Shown here piece after piece: positions 49,776 to 62,308 of a stretch of DNA of 64,000 nt (its first letter is position 1; the number at the start of each line of letters is the position of its first letter). The translations under genes were made by a program, and so were the position numbers. This DNA is from Eledone cirrhosa. Taxonomy: Eukaryota. The notes under the pieces were generated by a model, which made no database searches, was not told the DNA's origin, and saw only the letters and a program-made list of their open reading frames with translations. The stretch lies in the NCBI GenBank assembly GCA_964016885.1, contig OZ024742.1, positions 7,192,001 to 7,256,000 of the forward strand. The letters run 5' to 3'.

Positions 49776-50689
49776 GATATATATATGTAACTTTGATAAC
49801 TTTGATAGATTTTGGCCAGTATTGGCCCAAGCCATGTATTTATAAATACATATACACATATTCATTTGCATTTGCTTATATACGCACATATATAGGCACG
49901 TATAGAAATCTATATACAGTCCCGTTGATAATCCTTATTCAATGACATGCTCCACTAAGAACATTTACATCAATAAGTCACAAGTATAGAGTTCAATCTA
50001 CGAGGCCTATAGTGCCATTGTTTGATGGTGACAATGTCTAAATATCTGCCATTGATATATAAATTAATATCTCTTGTTTCGATACATGTTAGTGTGGTAA
50101 TTTAAACAAAATCTAAATATTGTCTTTGTCTAATACAAACCGAAATCATAGACATTGTTCAATCTCTTCACCTTGGCGAAAAGGATTTCCAGTTGTTCAG
50201 CATCACCGAGATGGCAAGGTTGTACTCTTTGTAAATATTTTAATGTGGGATCTCGAAGGAAAGTGACTGTTTACTGTGTGTCTTGAATAATCTTTATTAC
50301 CTAAAATATAACTTGTGGTCTTAGCACAGTTGAATTGGAAAACAGAGGAGCGGAGAAAGGACCCGATTGAATATAATCTGCTTCCAATAGGAAATTATAT
50401 TCAAATAATCGGTCATCTTGTCCATGCTGGTGGAAAGGATTTCCAAGGCTTCAACCATCACAACCATCACATTCTCTCTCATAACATATTTTACGTACTG
50501 AACCAATAAGTATTGATCACCAATAACAGATACGAGTTGTTTCTGATCTATATTTTCTGATCCACCAATGTTTCAGTTTATATTATTAATATTCCAATGA
50601 AATGTCTAATGACGAGATCTACTTGTTAGACACCAACTTTTCTTTCTCCACCTCATTTCCTCTCTTTAGCCATCTTTATACACATATCC

Positions 50690-50863
<174 letters not shown>

Positions 50864-51112
50864 AGCTGTCTAAACGTATTGTTATAACTCTGGGGTATTA
50901 TTCTCCATCGAGTGCTAAGCTGCATTCCGAATCTGCGTTCGTTAGCTTAGCCGCAGCCTAAAACTTCGTTAATGCTGTACTAAAATGTGTATATATATAT
51001 ACGCATATATATATATATATACACACACTCTACGATAGTCACGTCTCAAACGTTAAAGTAATATATTTCTTCAATCTACTATATCGCTTGCTTTGTTATC
51101 TCTGTTTACTTT

Positions 51113-51281
<169 letters not shown>

Positions 51282-51298
51282 AAGGCAAATAATTTATA

Positions 51299-51843
51299 TA
51301 ATTTTTATAATTTTCTTATTTTACGTTTTATATTATTGTTTTGCATCCCCTTTCATTGAACCACAAAGTTACTAAGACAAAAACTATATATTTGCTAGCA
51401 TAGGTATGCATCTGTATATATATGTTAGTAGATATACTAAATCTTTATAATAACTCCAAATTATTTTGTTGAGCCAAAATTTGCCAAAACTGCTACTATA
51501 GTTCATAGTAATGGTTCGGCTGCTGTCTCTTAACACACCACTCCTCAATGATTAACCTCGATGTCACGTGATTGATTCTTTTGAATTTGCCACCGACCGA
51601 GTAGGCAGTGTTTTTTCAATGTCTTGGAGCTTTGCTTTTTTCCATCCACGGAATTATTTTGTTATAAGTTCCCCGTGTCCACGCATTGCCTGGAAACTTA
51701 GCTGAGAATAGACTTCCCTGATGACGAAAGGATTTCTCCGTGCGTTTCTTCGGAAACCATGTTTATTCCCTTTCAGAAACTAATTAGTTGGAGTGAAATT
51801 TTAGTAAGTAAGTTAATTTTTATAATTTTCTTATTTTACGTTT
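51299..51843 (+). mobile_element. Non-coding hammerhead element, 515-bp monomer plus 30-bp terminal direct repeat
   Basis: taatttttataattttcttattttacgttt occurs at 51299-51328 and 51814-51843. A hammerhead precedes the second copy, and (TA)n follows. Confidence 0.65.
51714..51793 (+). ncRNA. Minimal type I hammerhead ribozyme, canonical CUGAUGA core
   Basis: Stem I ttcc/ggag. CTGATGA at 51718-51724. Stem II gaaagg/cctttc. GAAAC at 51776-51780. Palindromic ACTAATTAGT stem III. GTT at 51787-51789. Confidence 0.68.
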
Positions 51844-51887
<44 letters not shown>

Positions 51888-51974
51888 TGAAAAAGAACAA
51901 AGGAACTATTATGACATTATAACAAGTTTATTGCCGACAGCCGTTTCGTCCGACCCCATGGTGGGACTTATCAA

Positions 51975-53034
51975 TAGGAAGTTAGATAAGAACAGCAACA
52001 CTCGCAACGCAGACACGGACAGGGCCCGCACGCCTGGTAAGCGCTATGCCGCCCCGAGCAAGTCCAACAGTGAAAACGGGGGACAGAGGCCTAGGAGACT
52101 TGAGACCAACGCACATACCACTGGGTGTACAGCAACCACACCTGGTGGAACCAGTAATAATATAGACGAAGAGAGGGCAAACTACATAGGGGATAGGAAA
52201 TGCAGTGGAAGGAATAGAAGACGTGATAGTACCTTCTTTAACCCGCCCTTCAACTCTAATGTTACTACAGACCTCCCCAAATCTTTTTTCTCTTTAATAG
52301 ATAAGAACTTCCCCCAGGGTAGTAGGTACGGTAGTGTCATCAATAAGAATACTGTCAAGCTATCGTACTCTACAACCCCTAATCTGGCCTCACACCTAGC
52401 TAAGACCAATAAGAGTAAGATCAAAGAGGGACTTAAGGCCATCCGAAATAGTGAACCACGCCAGCACACACGACAACACGGGACCAACCCACTGAGTGAA
52501 AGACCCAGGGGGATATTAGGCAATAGAACCGGTCCCATTAGGCAGCCCCGCGGCCGCTTGGAGGGACATGCACCCCTGATTGAGGGGCATGTCCCTACTA
52601 AAGAGTGTAATTGCAGAAAGAAGGACAAATGCCCACTAGCTGGACACTGCCTTATCAGGAACGTGGTATATGCTTGTAACGTAACCACAGGCACGTATAC
52701 TAAGACGTACGTAGGATCAACCGCTAATGAGTTCAAGACGAGGTTCAACGCCCACCAGCATAGCTTCCGTTATGAGAAGCTTAAAAATACCACGTCGTTA
52801 GCGGGGCATATACATAGCTTAAAACAAACAAAAACCCCCTACACACTCAGCTGGAGATGCCTTACTAAGGCTCCTCCATATAGCTCGTTGAGCAGGTGTT
52901 GTAGCCTGTGCCTATCTGAATCTCATGCCATAGTATTCTCAGGGCTCAACTTGCTCAACAGGAGATCAGAAATCTTCTCGTCCTGCCCCCATACCATACT
53001 TAGCTCTTTCTTTTTCTTCAGACCGGACACATAG
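51975..53034 (+). CDS. C-terminal part (linker plus GIY-YIG endonuclease) of a Penelope-like element polyprotein; RT absent
   Basis: Motifs FFNPPF, CNCRKKDKCPLAGHC, VVY...TYVGST...FKTRFNAH, CSLCLSE and LLNRRSEIFSSCPH. The frame is uninterrupted. The ORF-track start at 51931 lies inside the inverted repeat and is not native. Confidence 0.85.
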
Positions 53035-54349
53035 CCATGACACCACCCAGTCCTGCACGTGGCGGCCCCGCTGGCGTACAGGGTGCTCTGTGGTAACCCC
53101 GGCCGCATGGTGCCTCGGCTCCCCGATTGGCGATGGGGACTCTGGTGAGGAACAGACGACCCTGTGTCCCAATTGCCAACCTGGGATTGGTGGCAGCAAT
53201 GCCTGCGATGCAGGACATCGTGAGGGCCTGGAACCACGTTGACTAATCTGAGAGGGTGCCGTCGGAGATGTATGTCAACAAACTCGAGAACTGCCTGGGG
53301 AAACAGTAACAAAACACCCAATATGGCGGCCGCTCCCTGCCTATAGCAACTCACCCCCACCCTCTCCCCTAGTAAACCCCCGCCCAAATAGATGCCCCCC
53401 CCCATTCTTTTGAGCTGGTTCTTTATTATCAGTGATTAGTTCTTTACTAATAGGAATTTTTTTTGTATTTCACCACGGTCGACATAATGGGCTTGGAGAG
53501 TTGACTCCCTTGAAGTCTGACCACTCGATAAGTTAGGGGTTGTGCCCCTTGATCAGGGGTGTGTGTAGCTGGTCTACCTGCTGTCTGCTACTACCCGAGA
53601 CTGGACACGGTCGTAGCCACAGGCCAGCGCGTGCGCGATAGCATAGAATGTATATTTTCTGCTGGTCACCCCGTGTAATATGATACCCTAAGATTCCATG
53701 CTTGAGATTCACCGAAGCATGCGCAGTCTTAACCGGGAGATGACATGCGAACTTGAAAATACCACAAGCGAGACCCTCTGGATAACGTAGACGCAGGACC
53801 ATACCCGCAAATACATACCCTGATCTGTCTTGAATATACAGGGCTGACGGAATATGGATAGCACGACCACCATCTAAGCTGAGAACGACCCATACAGCAA
53901 ACAAAGAGAGGACAGCCCTTCGATTTTGACCAGTCGCGTGTGGACTTGGAGTTCGTAATATACCACCCCAGTCAAATCCACACTGGTTTTTTTAACGATA
54001 TAGCATGTGGACCAATACATCATGCGTGGCGAAACCTTGGACTTAGAACCAACAGGCTCGTCTATCGCGAAAGCGTTCAACCCCTGAAACTAAAGGATCG
54101 AACGGACCACATCCGGTAACCACTGGCTATTAGATCCACAGGTACATCTCCCAGAGAGTCCACGCAGATAATAGTGAACCCCAGGTGATCTATGAACGTT
54201 TAAACAGGACCAGCTGCGCCTGGAGCTATGCAGATGACTGCTTACGCCTAGTGGATATCGTGCCTGGAGCTGTGCAGGGGACTGCATAGGCAGAATGGAT
54301 ATCGCGCCCACACGGTCACCAGTAATGTTCATCCTGTTATATTTTTGCA

Positions 54350-54495
54350 ATAATTTTATGATAATTATGTAATGATTTTGCGATAATTTTATGATAATTT
54401 GATAGTTTTGTAATGATTTTGTGGTAATTTTGTGATGATTTGATAATTTTGTAATGATTTTGTGGTAATTTTGTAATGATTTTGTAATAATTTTT
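54350..54495. repeat. Degenerate ~11-12-bp AT-rich repeat (ataattttgtg/aatgattttgt) inside the PLE 3' region
   Basis: Direct reading. Confidence 0.75.
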
Positions 54496-55412
54496 AATCC
54501 TGTATCAATAATTTTAGAATGTTTTTTTGTGATATTACAGGGTTAGATCACGGAAGCTACCTTGTACCTTCTTAAGGATACATTTTATGATTATTGCCTT
54601 TTTGCTTATGTATTTTCTTAGTTACCACTTTCTTTAATCTTGCCCAACTTGATAAACTCCTTGAATTGCTCCCTTATTAAATTGCTTAAATTGCTTAGAT
54701 TATTGTACCTATTATGCCTAAGTTGTATCTGTTGAAGCAGCCCTTTGAAAATTCCTCGGATATCCCAAATACCGTAATTTTTAATTTTTAACTTTTAATG
54801 TATAATTTTCCTCAATTCGTTTTTATATTTATCCTCAAAGGCTCTCTAAAATTTTAATTCTTCGAAGGGTCTCTCGGAAGAAGTTCCTATTGGAAATAGT
54901 AAAGGGGCCTTTTCTGAGGGATTTATGGAAGGCTCTCTGAATTAACCTCTAATTGATTAGTTTCTTTCAACCTAGTTTTCAATTCAGTTTTCTGAATTTT
55001 GTAAACGTGATCTCGGGGGAAGGTTTTTTTCTTTGGGGAAAAATTTTTTTTCTCTAGAAGAAATTTAATAGGAACTCTATATATTTTTTAGGGAAACTTT
55101 ATATTTTTATTTTCTTATTTTATTAGCCTCTTAATTTTCTTCTAGACTAATAGGTGTATTGGAGCCTGTAAGCTTTATGCACTCATTGAGGGATTTTCTG
55201 AGGTGCTTCTACGGGACCCCAAGTCTCTTGGTTTAATGTTGATGCGTGAATTATATATTTTTGTCTAATTTTTAAACTTCAATCCCTGACCCCGACAACT
55301 AATATAAAAGAGCCCCCCTTAAAGCGGAGTTGCTGATGTATACAACAATTTCAAACTGCTAGCCTTGAGTGATACGTTGATGTAAACAATGATCTTGCAA
55401 TCACATGTTATA

Positions 55413-55459
55413 TGCCTTGATAAGTCCCACCATGGGGTCGGACGAAACGGCTGTCGGCA
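55413..55459 (+). ncRNA. Minimal type I hammerhead ribozyme, UUGAUAA core
   Basis: tgcc TTGATAA gtcc-caccatggggtc-ggac GAAAC ggct GTC ggca. Stems I and II pair perfectly and stem III is quasi-palindromic. Predicted cut after 55455. Confidence 0.85.
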
Positions 55460-55612
55460 ATAAACTTGTTATAATGTCATAATAGTTCCTTTGTTCTTTT
55501 TCACTAATATTTCTGCTCTGCGTATACGCATAGAGCTTAACTAGCTACCGTCACATATTTGGTAAGTCAGACGTGATCATCGCGATTCACATACGTCCTA
55601 CCATACATCTTA

Positions 55613-55656
<44 letters not shown>

Positions 55657-55659
<3 letters not shown>

Positions 55660-56613
55660 CTAGGAATTGATCAACATATATATAAATAAATATAAACATG
55701 AAAAATCACAGGAGATAATTTTTACAAACGTGTAACCACGCATGGCTAGTAGGTAACAAATAAATAAAGTTAACTAAAGGTATATATTTTTGAAGTTCTA
55801 GTTAAATTTATTTATTTGTTACCTACTAGCCATGCGTGGTTACACGCTTGTAAAAATTATCTCCTGTGATTTTTCATGTTTACATTTATTTATATATATG
55901 TTGATCAATTCCTAGTTATTAAAATGCTCGTACTTACAAAGTCCTAGAGCTTATTTTCCGGGCGATATGGCGTATACCGTTAAGGAATGACACCCATAAC
56001 TTTCGATTCTGATTGAATTCTTTTAATCTATCTTAATTTTGGATATAGATATATAATACTGCTCCTTAATTGTAGAGCTAACTCTGTTGAAGGGAATTGA
56101 CTGCTATTTCTAGTTGTCGAATACCTATTCACGCCACTGAAACGAAACCGCTGTGATGTGTAATATCAACACGTGGTAACGGCCAGTTTAAGATTTTGAC
56201 TCGAAGTGTAAACATGGATCGCTTGATATTGTTCTCCCTTGTTGATAATCCAATAATATCCACTTTCCGTGACTTACCATCTGATTAATTGGTGAAATAT
56301 ATTTCTTTAATGAAATATATACAGGGAAGATTAATCATTAAAAGATATATATTTTTGAAGTTCTAGTTAACTTTATTTATTTGTTACCTACTAGCCATGC
56401 GTGGTTACACGCTTGTAAAAATTATCTCCTGTTATTTTTCATGTTTATATTTATATATATATATGTTGATCAATTCCTAGTTATTAAAATGCTCGTACTT
56501 ACAAACTTACAAAGTCCTAGAGCTTATTTTCCGGGCGATATGGTGCATTCCGTTAAGGAATGACACCCATAATTTCGATTCTGATTGAATTCTTTTAATC
56601 TATCTTAATTTTG
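55657..56613 (+). mobile_element. Non-coding hammerhead element: 120-bp inverted 5' arm, 565-bp monomer and ~270-bp direct repeat
   Basis: 55657-55776 is the reverse complement of 55799-55918. 55776-56041 is repeated at 56341-56613. (TA)n lies on both sides. Confidence 0.8.
56236..56326 (+). ncRNA. Type I hammerhead ribozyme, UUGAUAA core
   Basis: Stem I ccttg/caggg. TTGATAA at 56242-56248. Stem II ccaat/attgg. GAAA at 56294-56297. Stem III atatatttc/gaaatatat. ATA at 56319-56321. Confidence 0.78.
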
Positions 56614-56772
<159 letters not shown>

Positions 56773-56864
56773 ACGAAGGAAGTGTGGTAAGGAACCAGAT
56801 GGACCAAAACGCACCAGAGTACTCAATACTTAGGGTAGTAGAGTGGGTAATAGGAAAATGTTTA

Positions 56865-56954
56865 ACCCCGACGGCAGAACTCAAGCCGTTTCGACGGCTA
56901 TTTTGGACTAAATTAGAATTTTTAGCGTGGTAATAGCCGAACTTTTCAAGGGGT
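56865..56954 (-). ncRNA. Type I hammerhead ribozyme, UUGAAAA core
   Basis: Minus strand: acccc TTGAAAA gttcggctatt...aatagccgtc GAAAC ggc-ttgagttct-gcc GTC ggggt. Confidence 0.82.
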
Positions 56955-57225
56955 AATTCCTTATATGAGAAGATTGTAGTTGTCAAAAGGATTGGTCAAA
57001 ATTTTGGTAAACACAATTAAATCTTTCATGGCGGTGGGTGGTGGGTGTGGCTGAAGTTGCCAGTAGAACAATGAGGGAGTGGGTGGAGCCGGTCAAGCGT
57101 TGAAAGTGAATTCTATACAGCAAATTCTAAGGAGTGTGTATGAAATTAGGTTAGGTAGAAAGCAGGCGAAAAATCCGAGAGTGGAACGTTATAAAATTAA
57201 ATGCTTAATAAATTGAGATTAAAAG

Positions 57226-57324
57226 ATAATTGTTTCTACTTTTGGCACAAGACCAGCAATTACCCAGTGCATTACTGGTACTTTATTTTATCGACCCCGT
57301 AAGGATGAAAGGCAAAGTTAACCT
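57226..57324 (-). mobile_element. 3' half of a tRNA-derived SINE
   Basis: Reverse complement of 61349-61447. Confidence 0.85.
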
Positions 57325-57422
57325 ATTTATTCAAGCTATTATTTCACCAGGCTAAACATTTTAATTTAGTCCAGAAATAGCCGTCGAAACGGTTTGAGCT
57401 CTGTGTCGGGGTCATAGTTTTT

Positions 57423-57513
<91 letters not shown>

Positions 57514-57997
57514 GTATGTATGCATATATGTAGAGAGACGAAGGAGAGAGTGATGGGGAGATAAAAACTAGGAGAGAGAGAGAGAAAACACTTTACAACA
57601 CATTATTATCTGGAGTTACCTTATTATTTTAATTAAGTAGATCATTATATATAGTTATATTCTACTCTTCAATATGGTGTACAGAATTATTTTATAACCA
57701 GTTATATTAAGAGACAGTAGAATCAAACAACTATTCAATATATTATATTTATAAGTAATTGATCTAATTTACTGTCTCTAAATCATAACTAATGGTTTTG
57801 CCTCGAGTATGAAACAATTAACTAATTTATATATCAATATAAAGCTATTAAAATCAGTTCAGAAAAGATTTTAGGAAAAATATAAAAATAATGTTATATA
57901 ATATACACCTGTCTTCATTAAGTTTTCAATAGTGATTTCATTTTCTAATAACTTTCAGTTCGTGTATGAGGATGGGTCTGGTGTGTGTGTGAGTGTG

Positions 57998-58041
<44 letters not shown>

Positions 58042-58226
58042 GTGAATATGTATTTGTGTATGTGTGTGTGTGAATATGTGTGTGTGTGAATATGCGTGCC
58101 TGCATGTGAGTATGTTTGTTTAAGCTTTATTAGTGATCGGAATGACTCTAAATGTCTCTTCATTATTCAGTATTCTCTAGGTATCTATTTATCTATTATC
58201 TATCTTATTCTATATATGGATATATA

Positions 58227-58256
58227 CTAGCAGAGGTACCCGGTAATGCTCGGGTA
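58227..58256 (-). mobile_element. Probable Helitron 3' terminus (5' extent unresolved)
   Basis: Minus strand: hairpin TACCCG-N8-CGGGTA, 6 nt, then CTAG followed by T. Confidence 0.5.
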
Positions 58257-58701
58257 TTTTATGTAATTCAGAATGTATTTTGATACATATTACAAAATAT
58301 TTTACCAATACAGTAGGAATTTTAGCAGAAGTTTCAATGCAAATCATCAAGATGAAAATAATCTTATGTTCGATGGTTATGTTGTTGAATGCTACTCCTT
58401 TTTTCACTCAGTATGTGTAATAATTAACCCATAGATGGATAGTTACGTATGATATCATACGTAAAGGGCGAAAATAGCACGACACAAAAAAAATCGGAAT
58501 TTTCTTAATCCATTTTCTTTATTATTATTATTAATTTACACAATAAGAAAAGACGAACGTCAATCCCGGTCAGGAGATTCTGATAGGGAGTCCTATTATC
58601 TTTATCAGTTTTTATCTTATAGCACTTAGAAGAAACCTGAAAAAGTTTGGTGAGAACCCCAATATGTGTTTTCTAGCCCACATTTAACTCCGGACCAGGT
58701 T

Positions 58702-58860
58702 CACCACCGCCTCTTCATTTGAATTTAGATCGGGGTTGCCATTCCTTCCAATCAATCATTTCCATGTCAGGTCGTCAGTGGCAACATGTGCATTGAAGTG
58801 TTCCATCAGGATATATGACTCAGTTTTAACTACATCTAACGCTGTAGTGACTTCATCGAG
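58702..58860 (-). pseudogene. RTE-clade APE endonuclease fragment (inverted)
   Basis: Minus strand reads LDEVTTALDVVKTESYILMEHFNAHVATDDLTWK*LIGRNGNPDLNSN, a decayed GDFNAHVG motif region. Confidence 0.75.
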
Positions 58861-59447
58861 GCTGAATTAAGTACCAGAATTGCAAAAGCTGATGCAATAA
58901 TTCGCCAGCTTTAACATTCAGTAATCAGAAGAAGGGTAGTCATCAACGCCAAACTCACTGTCTTCAATTCTGTTTTCGTGCAAACCCTTAACTATGGTCT
59001 TGAATCTTGGGTAATAATCGAAAAATTATGATAGCGAATACATGCAACCGAAATGGGATTCCTCCAATGGGTATTTGGAGTAAGGTTACTCGATAAAGTG
59101 CAGAGATCGGAGATCGGAGAGTCACTCCAGGTAGAACTGCTACTTCTCGGAATTGAGAGATTACAGTTCCGATACTATGGGAATGTGGTTAGAATATCTC
59201 AGGAAAAAATCGCCAGACAGATTTTACGGCCAAACCCAACCGAAGATCCAGGGGTGGAACCCGAGCAAGGTGTTTAGATAACTCCCATGAGCTTGGCTGG
59301 TCTCACTTGGGGGTGCTGCCGGATAAGTTGGAGACTGTTGCTTCTGACAGGGCCCGCTTAATGGAGAAGGACCCGCTGGAAGGAGTGTTTGATGTGTGCT
59401 TCCAAGATCCTCCCGGGAAGAAGAAGAAGAAGAAGAAGAAGATGAAG
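58861..59447 (+). mobile_element. RTE-clade LINE 3' fragment with (AAG)n tail
   Basis: AELSTRIAKA...KLTVFNSVFVQTLNYGLESW...EMGFLQWVFGVRLLDKV...LQFRYYGNVVRI. (AAG)n at ~59418-59447. Confidence 0.85.
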
Positions 59448-59605
59448 AATATATATATATATAATGCCAATCATTGTATGCTTGAATTTAACTGGCATGC
59501 AGAGACATAGATAGATGGATAAGGTAAGCCCAAATCATAGTAGATTCAAATATCACACACACCACACACGTACAGAGAGAGAAAGAAGAGAGAGAGAGAG
59601 AGAGT

Positions 59606-59692
<87 letters not shown>

Positions 59693-59789
59693 GAGGTGCG
59701 ACAGAAATGAAACATTGATTATAGGTTCAAATAAAACCTAGGTAGATGAGAAACAAGGGCAGATGTAATTTATCGAAGTCCTATACATG

Positions 59790-60237
59790 TCGACCCTAAA
59801 TAGGAGCAATAACATTAGAAAGGGATGAACTACACCACATCTTTTTGGATTCGATTTTGAAAGTAGGTTTTTAAGTATTAATTTTCAATAGAATTTTATA
59901 GCAGTCTCGGTGGAATAGTGGAAGGTATGAGAGGCGGTGGAAATCTCGGTCTGGGTTTCAGTCCGCGTCAGGAGGTTCTTGTAGTTCAACCTTTTCAGTT
60001 TTTATTTTACATCTTAGAAAACAAAAACTGAAAATGTTTCGGGAAACTCGTACCTCCTGATCGAGATTGAAACCCCCGACCCGGATCTCTTCCGTCTGTA
60101 ACACCTCCCACCAGGCCACAAGGACAACTTCATAAAACTACTGAAAATTTATATTTATAAACATTCTTTCAAAATCAAAGTAAAAAGATTTTTCGTTCAT
60201 GGCTTTGTTAAAGCTATTAGTCATATTTAGTGTCGAC
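59790..60237. repeat. Diverged ~450-bp fold-back (imperfect palindrome)
   Basis: Symmetric pairs about ~60012: ttttcagttttt/aaaaactgaaaa, tcaggaggt/acctcctga, gtttcagtc/gattgaaac, ttttgaaag/ctttcaaaa, gtcgac.ctaaata/tatttag.gtcgac. Confidence 0.7.
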
Positions 60238-60359
60238 TTGTCAATCTTCTGGCTCTTTGGTAACCTTGGTATTTCTCTGTGTGAGTGTTTAATTTTATAA
60301 TTAATTTAATTTAATTACTATTTTAACAAATAAATGATATATGTATATTGCCAATCATC

Positions 60360-60442
<83 letters not shown>

Positions 60443-60699
60443 GAGGTGCGACACAAATGAAACATTGATTACAGGTTCAAATAAAACCTAGGTAGCAGAG
60501 CTAAATCATTTACAATTCGACTTTAAATAGTAGCAATAACATGAAGAAGAAAAACCTTTGCCAACACAATAGGATTGTCTCCCATGTCGGCTGTGATAGT
60601 GTTGCACTCAATAATTGCTAGTTTAACGACTGTTAAAAGATCTAGTAACTTGTGCTGGACGACAGCTGTTTACAAATGTCTTGTATAGTAGTGACACAT

Positions 60700-60909
60700 A
60701 CTTCTTTCTATATATGCACACATACATACATACACACATACATAAACACACACATACAAACAAGCACACACACAATCACATATATATGTATATAATCATA
60801 TATATGCAGGTGCATCTAAACACTTATTCACACATACACACATATATAAAACTATTTGTTTGTACATCTAAATATATAAAGCCATACATACCTACATATA
60901 TATACTCGC

Positions 60910-60940
<31 letters not shown>

Positions 60941-61150
60941 AGTGTGAGTGTGTGTGTGTGCTTGTTTGAGTGTGTTTGAACATGTGTATATGTGTGTGCT
61001 TGAGTGTATGTGTATGTGTGTGTGTGTGTGCTTGAGTGTACTTGCATGTGTGTATGTGTTTGTATGTGCATGTGTACATGTGTGTGTTTGTATGTCTGTG
61101 AAGTCTGGGTGTACCTGCATGTGTGTGTCTGAGTGTGTGCACACCCATGT
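60700..61150. repeat. Degenerate (CA)/(TA)/(TG) microsatellite region
   Basis: Direct reading. Confidence 0.85.
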
Positions 61151-61263
61151 TTGAATATATATATTATACCTGTAGAGATATCCATCTTTATACATGAATT
61201 AACCCCAGAAACCGACCTTGGTCTTAAAATATGTCACTTCTCTGTCAGTTGTATTATTTCTAG

Positions 61264-61449
61264 TGGATTGGCAGTATCGGTGGAGGGTCGGACGCCATGC
61301 TTTCCAGCATAGTTACGTCCCTTTACGATCTGAGTTCAAATCCCGCCGAGGTTGACTTTGCCTTTCATCCTTACGGGGTCGATAAAATAAAGTACCAGTA
61401 ATGCACTGGGTATTTGCTGTCCTTGTGCCTAAAGTAGAAACAATTATTT
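61264..61449 (+). mobile_element. tRNA-derived SINE
   Basis: A-box-like TGGCAGTATCGG and B-box GAGTTCAAATCC at 61332-61343. Body gcctttcatcc...ggggtcgataaaataaagtacc and an ATT-type tail. A second partial copy lies at 57226-57324. Confidence 0.85.
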
Positions 61450-61581
61450 CTATATCGTCCTTGCTCTATCGTCACTGCTGTGTTCTGTCCGACACTATTG
61501 TACTATACATATACATATACACACACACACATATATATATATTACAATAGTCTCCGTCAGAACATCAACAATCATATATAA

Positions 61582-61661
<80 letters not shown>

Positions 61662-62308
61662 GTCGGTGTGTGCTTATATATGATTGTTGATGTCATCTGA
61701 TTAATATATTATTCGTATTTATTAGTTTCTTGATATGTTTGTTTGTGGTTGAGTGTATCCACATGTGTGTATTGTGTTTATTCTCTCTCTATCTCCCCCT
61801 CTCTTTCCTTCTCCCCCTCTCTGTATGTGTATATTGTTTGATATTTCTCATTTATTCAGAGGTATTCGTGTTGTATATATTTTTCTACCATCTTCAACAT
61901 TTATCTGATAATAACTGAGACAATCAAAGACAGAGAAGAACACCTGGAGAAAGTTCATGAGGTACAACACTGCATCCAGTCGACGTCTTTTAATCCACCT
62001 TCCTTACTTATCTCAATACCATATATATATATATATATATAGAACAAGGAAAAGCGAAGTAGTTTCAGATGTTCAAATCCTTTAATAATAATGTTGTGAT
62101 ATATATTTCAATGGTTTGTTACATAATAAGGTTATGTTTCCGAGGCAATCCAAATTGAATCGACATGGGAACGGACGAAGTGTGTTCTCTTGGGTTCTTC
62201 ATCCGTTTCCTTGTGAGTACCAATTCACCCACACCGGTCTGCGCAGGCGCAGGTCCGAAGGAAGTTGACCATTAGCTACCGCAGAAAAATAACCTTATTA
62301 TGTAACAA

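Larger units (their letters stand above)
51881..55615 (+). mobile_element. 5'-truncated Penelope-like element (probably Naiad-type) with inverted pLTR fragment, inserted in (TA)n
   Basis: GIY-YIG coding region. 94-bp inverted repeat at 51881-51974 and 55417-55510. Hammerhead near the 3' end. (TA)n on both sides. Confidence 0.88.

Noticed and set aside
49920-50640. Possible decayed coding sequence on the minus strand (…TVTFLRDPTLKYLQRVQPCHLG…)
   Set aside because: Several stops and no motif I can assign with confidence. BLASTX would be needed.
51881-55510. DNA transposon with 94-bp terminal inverted repeats
   Set aside because: It encodes a PLE-type GIY-YIG domain rather than a transposase, the repeat is part of the hammerhead-bearing pLTR, and the element extends ~100 bp beyond the right repeat.
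57335-57425. Additional functional hammerhead on the plus strand
   Set aside because: It has GAAAC...GTCgggg but lacks the UUGANAA core and the 5' strand of stem I, and stem III is mutated.
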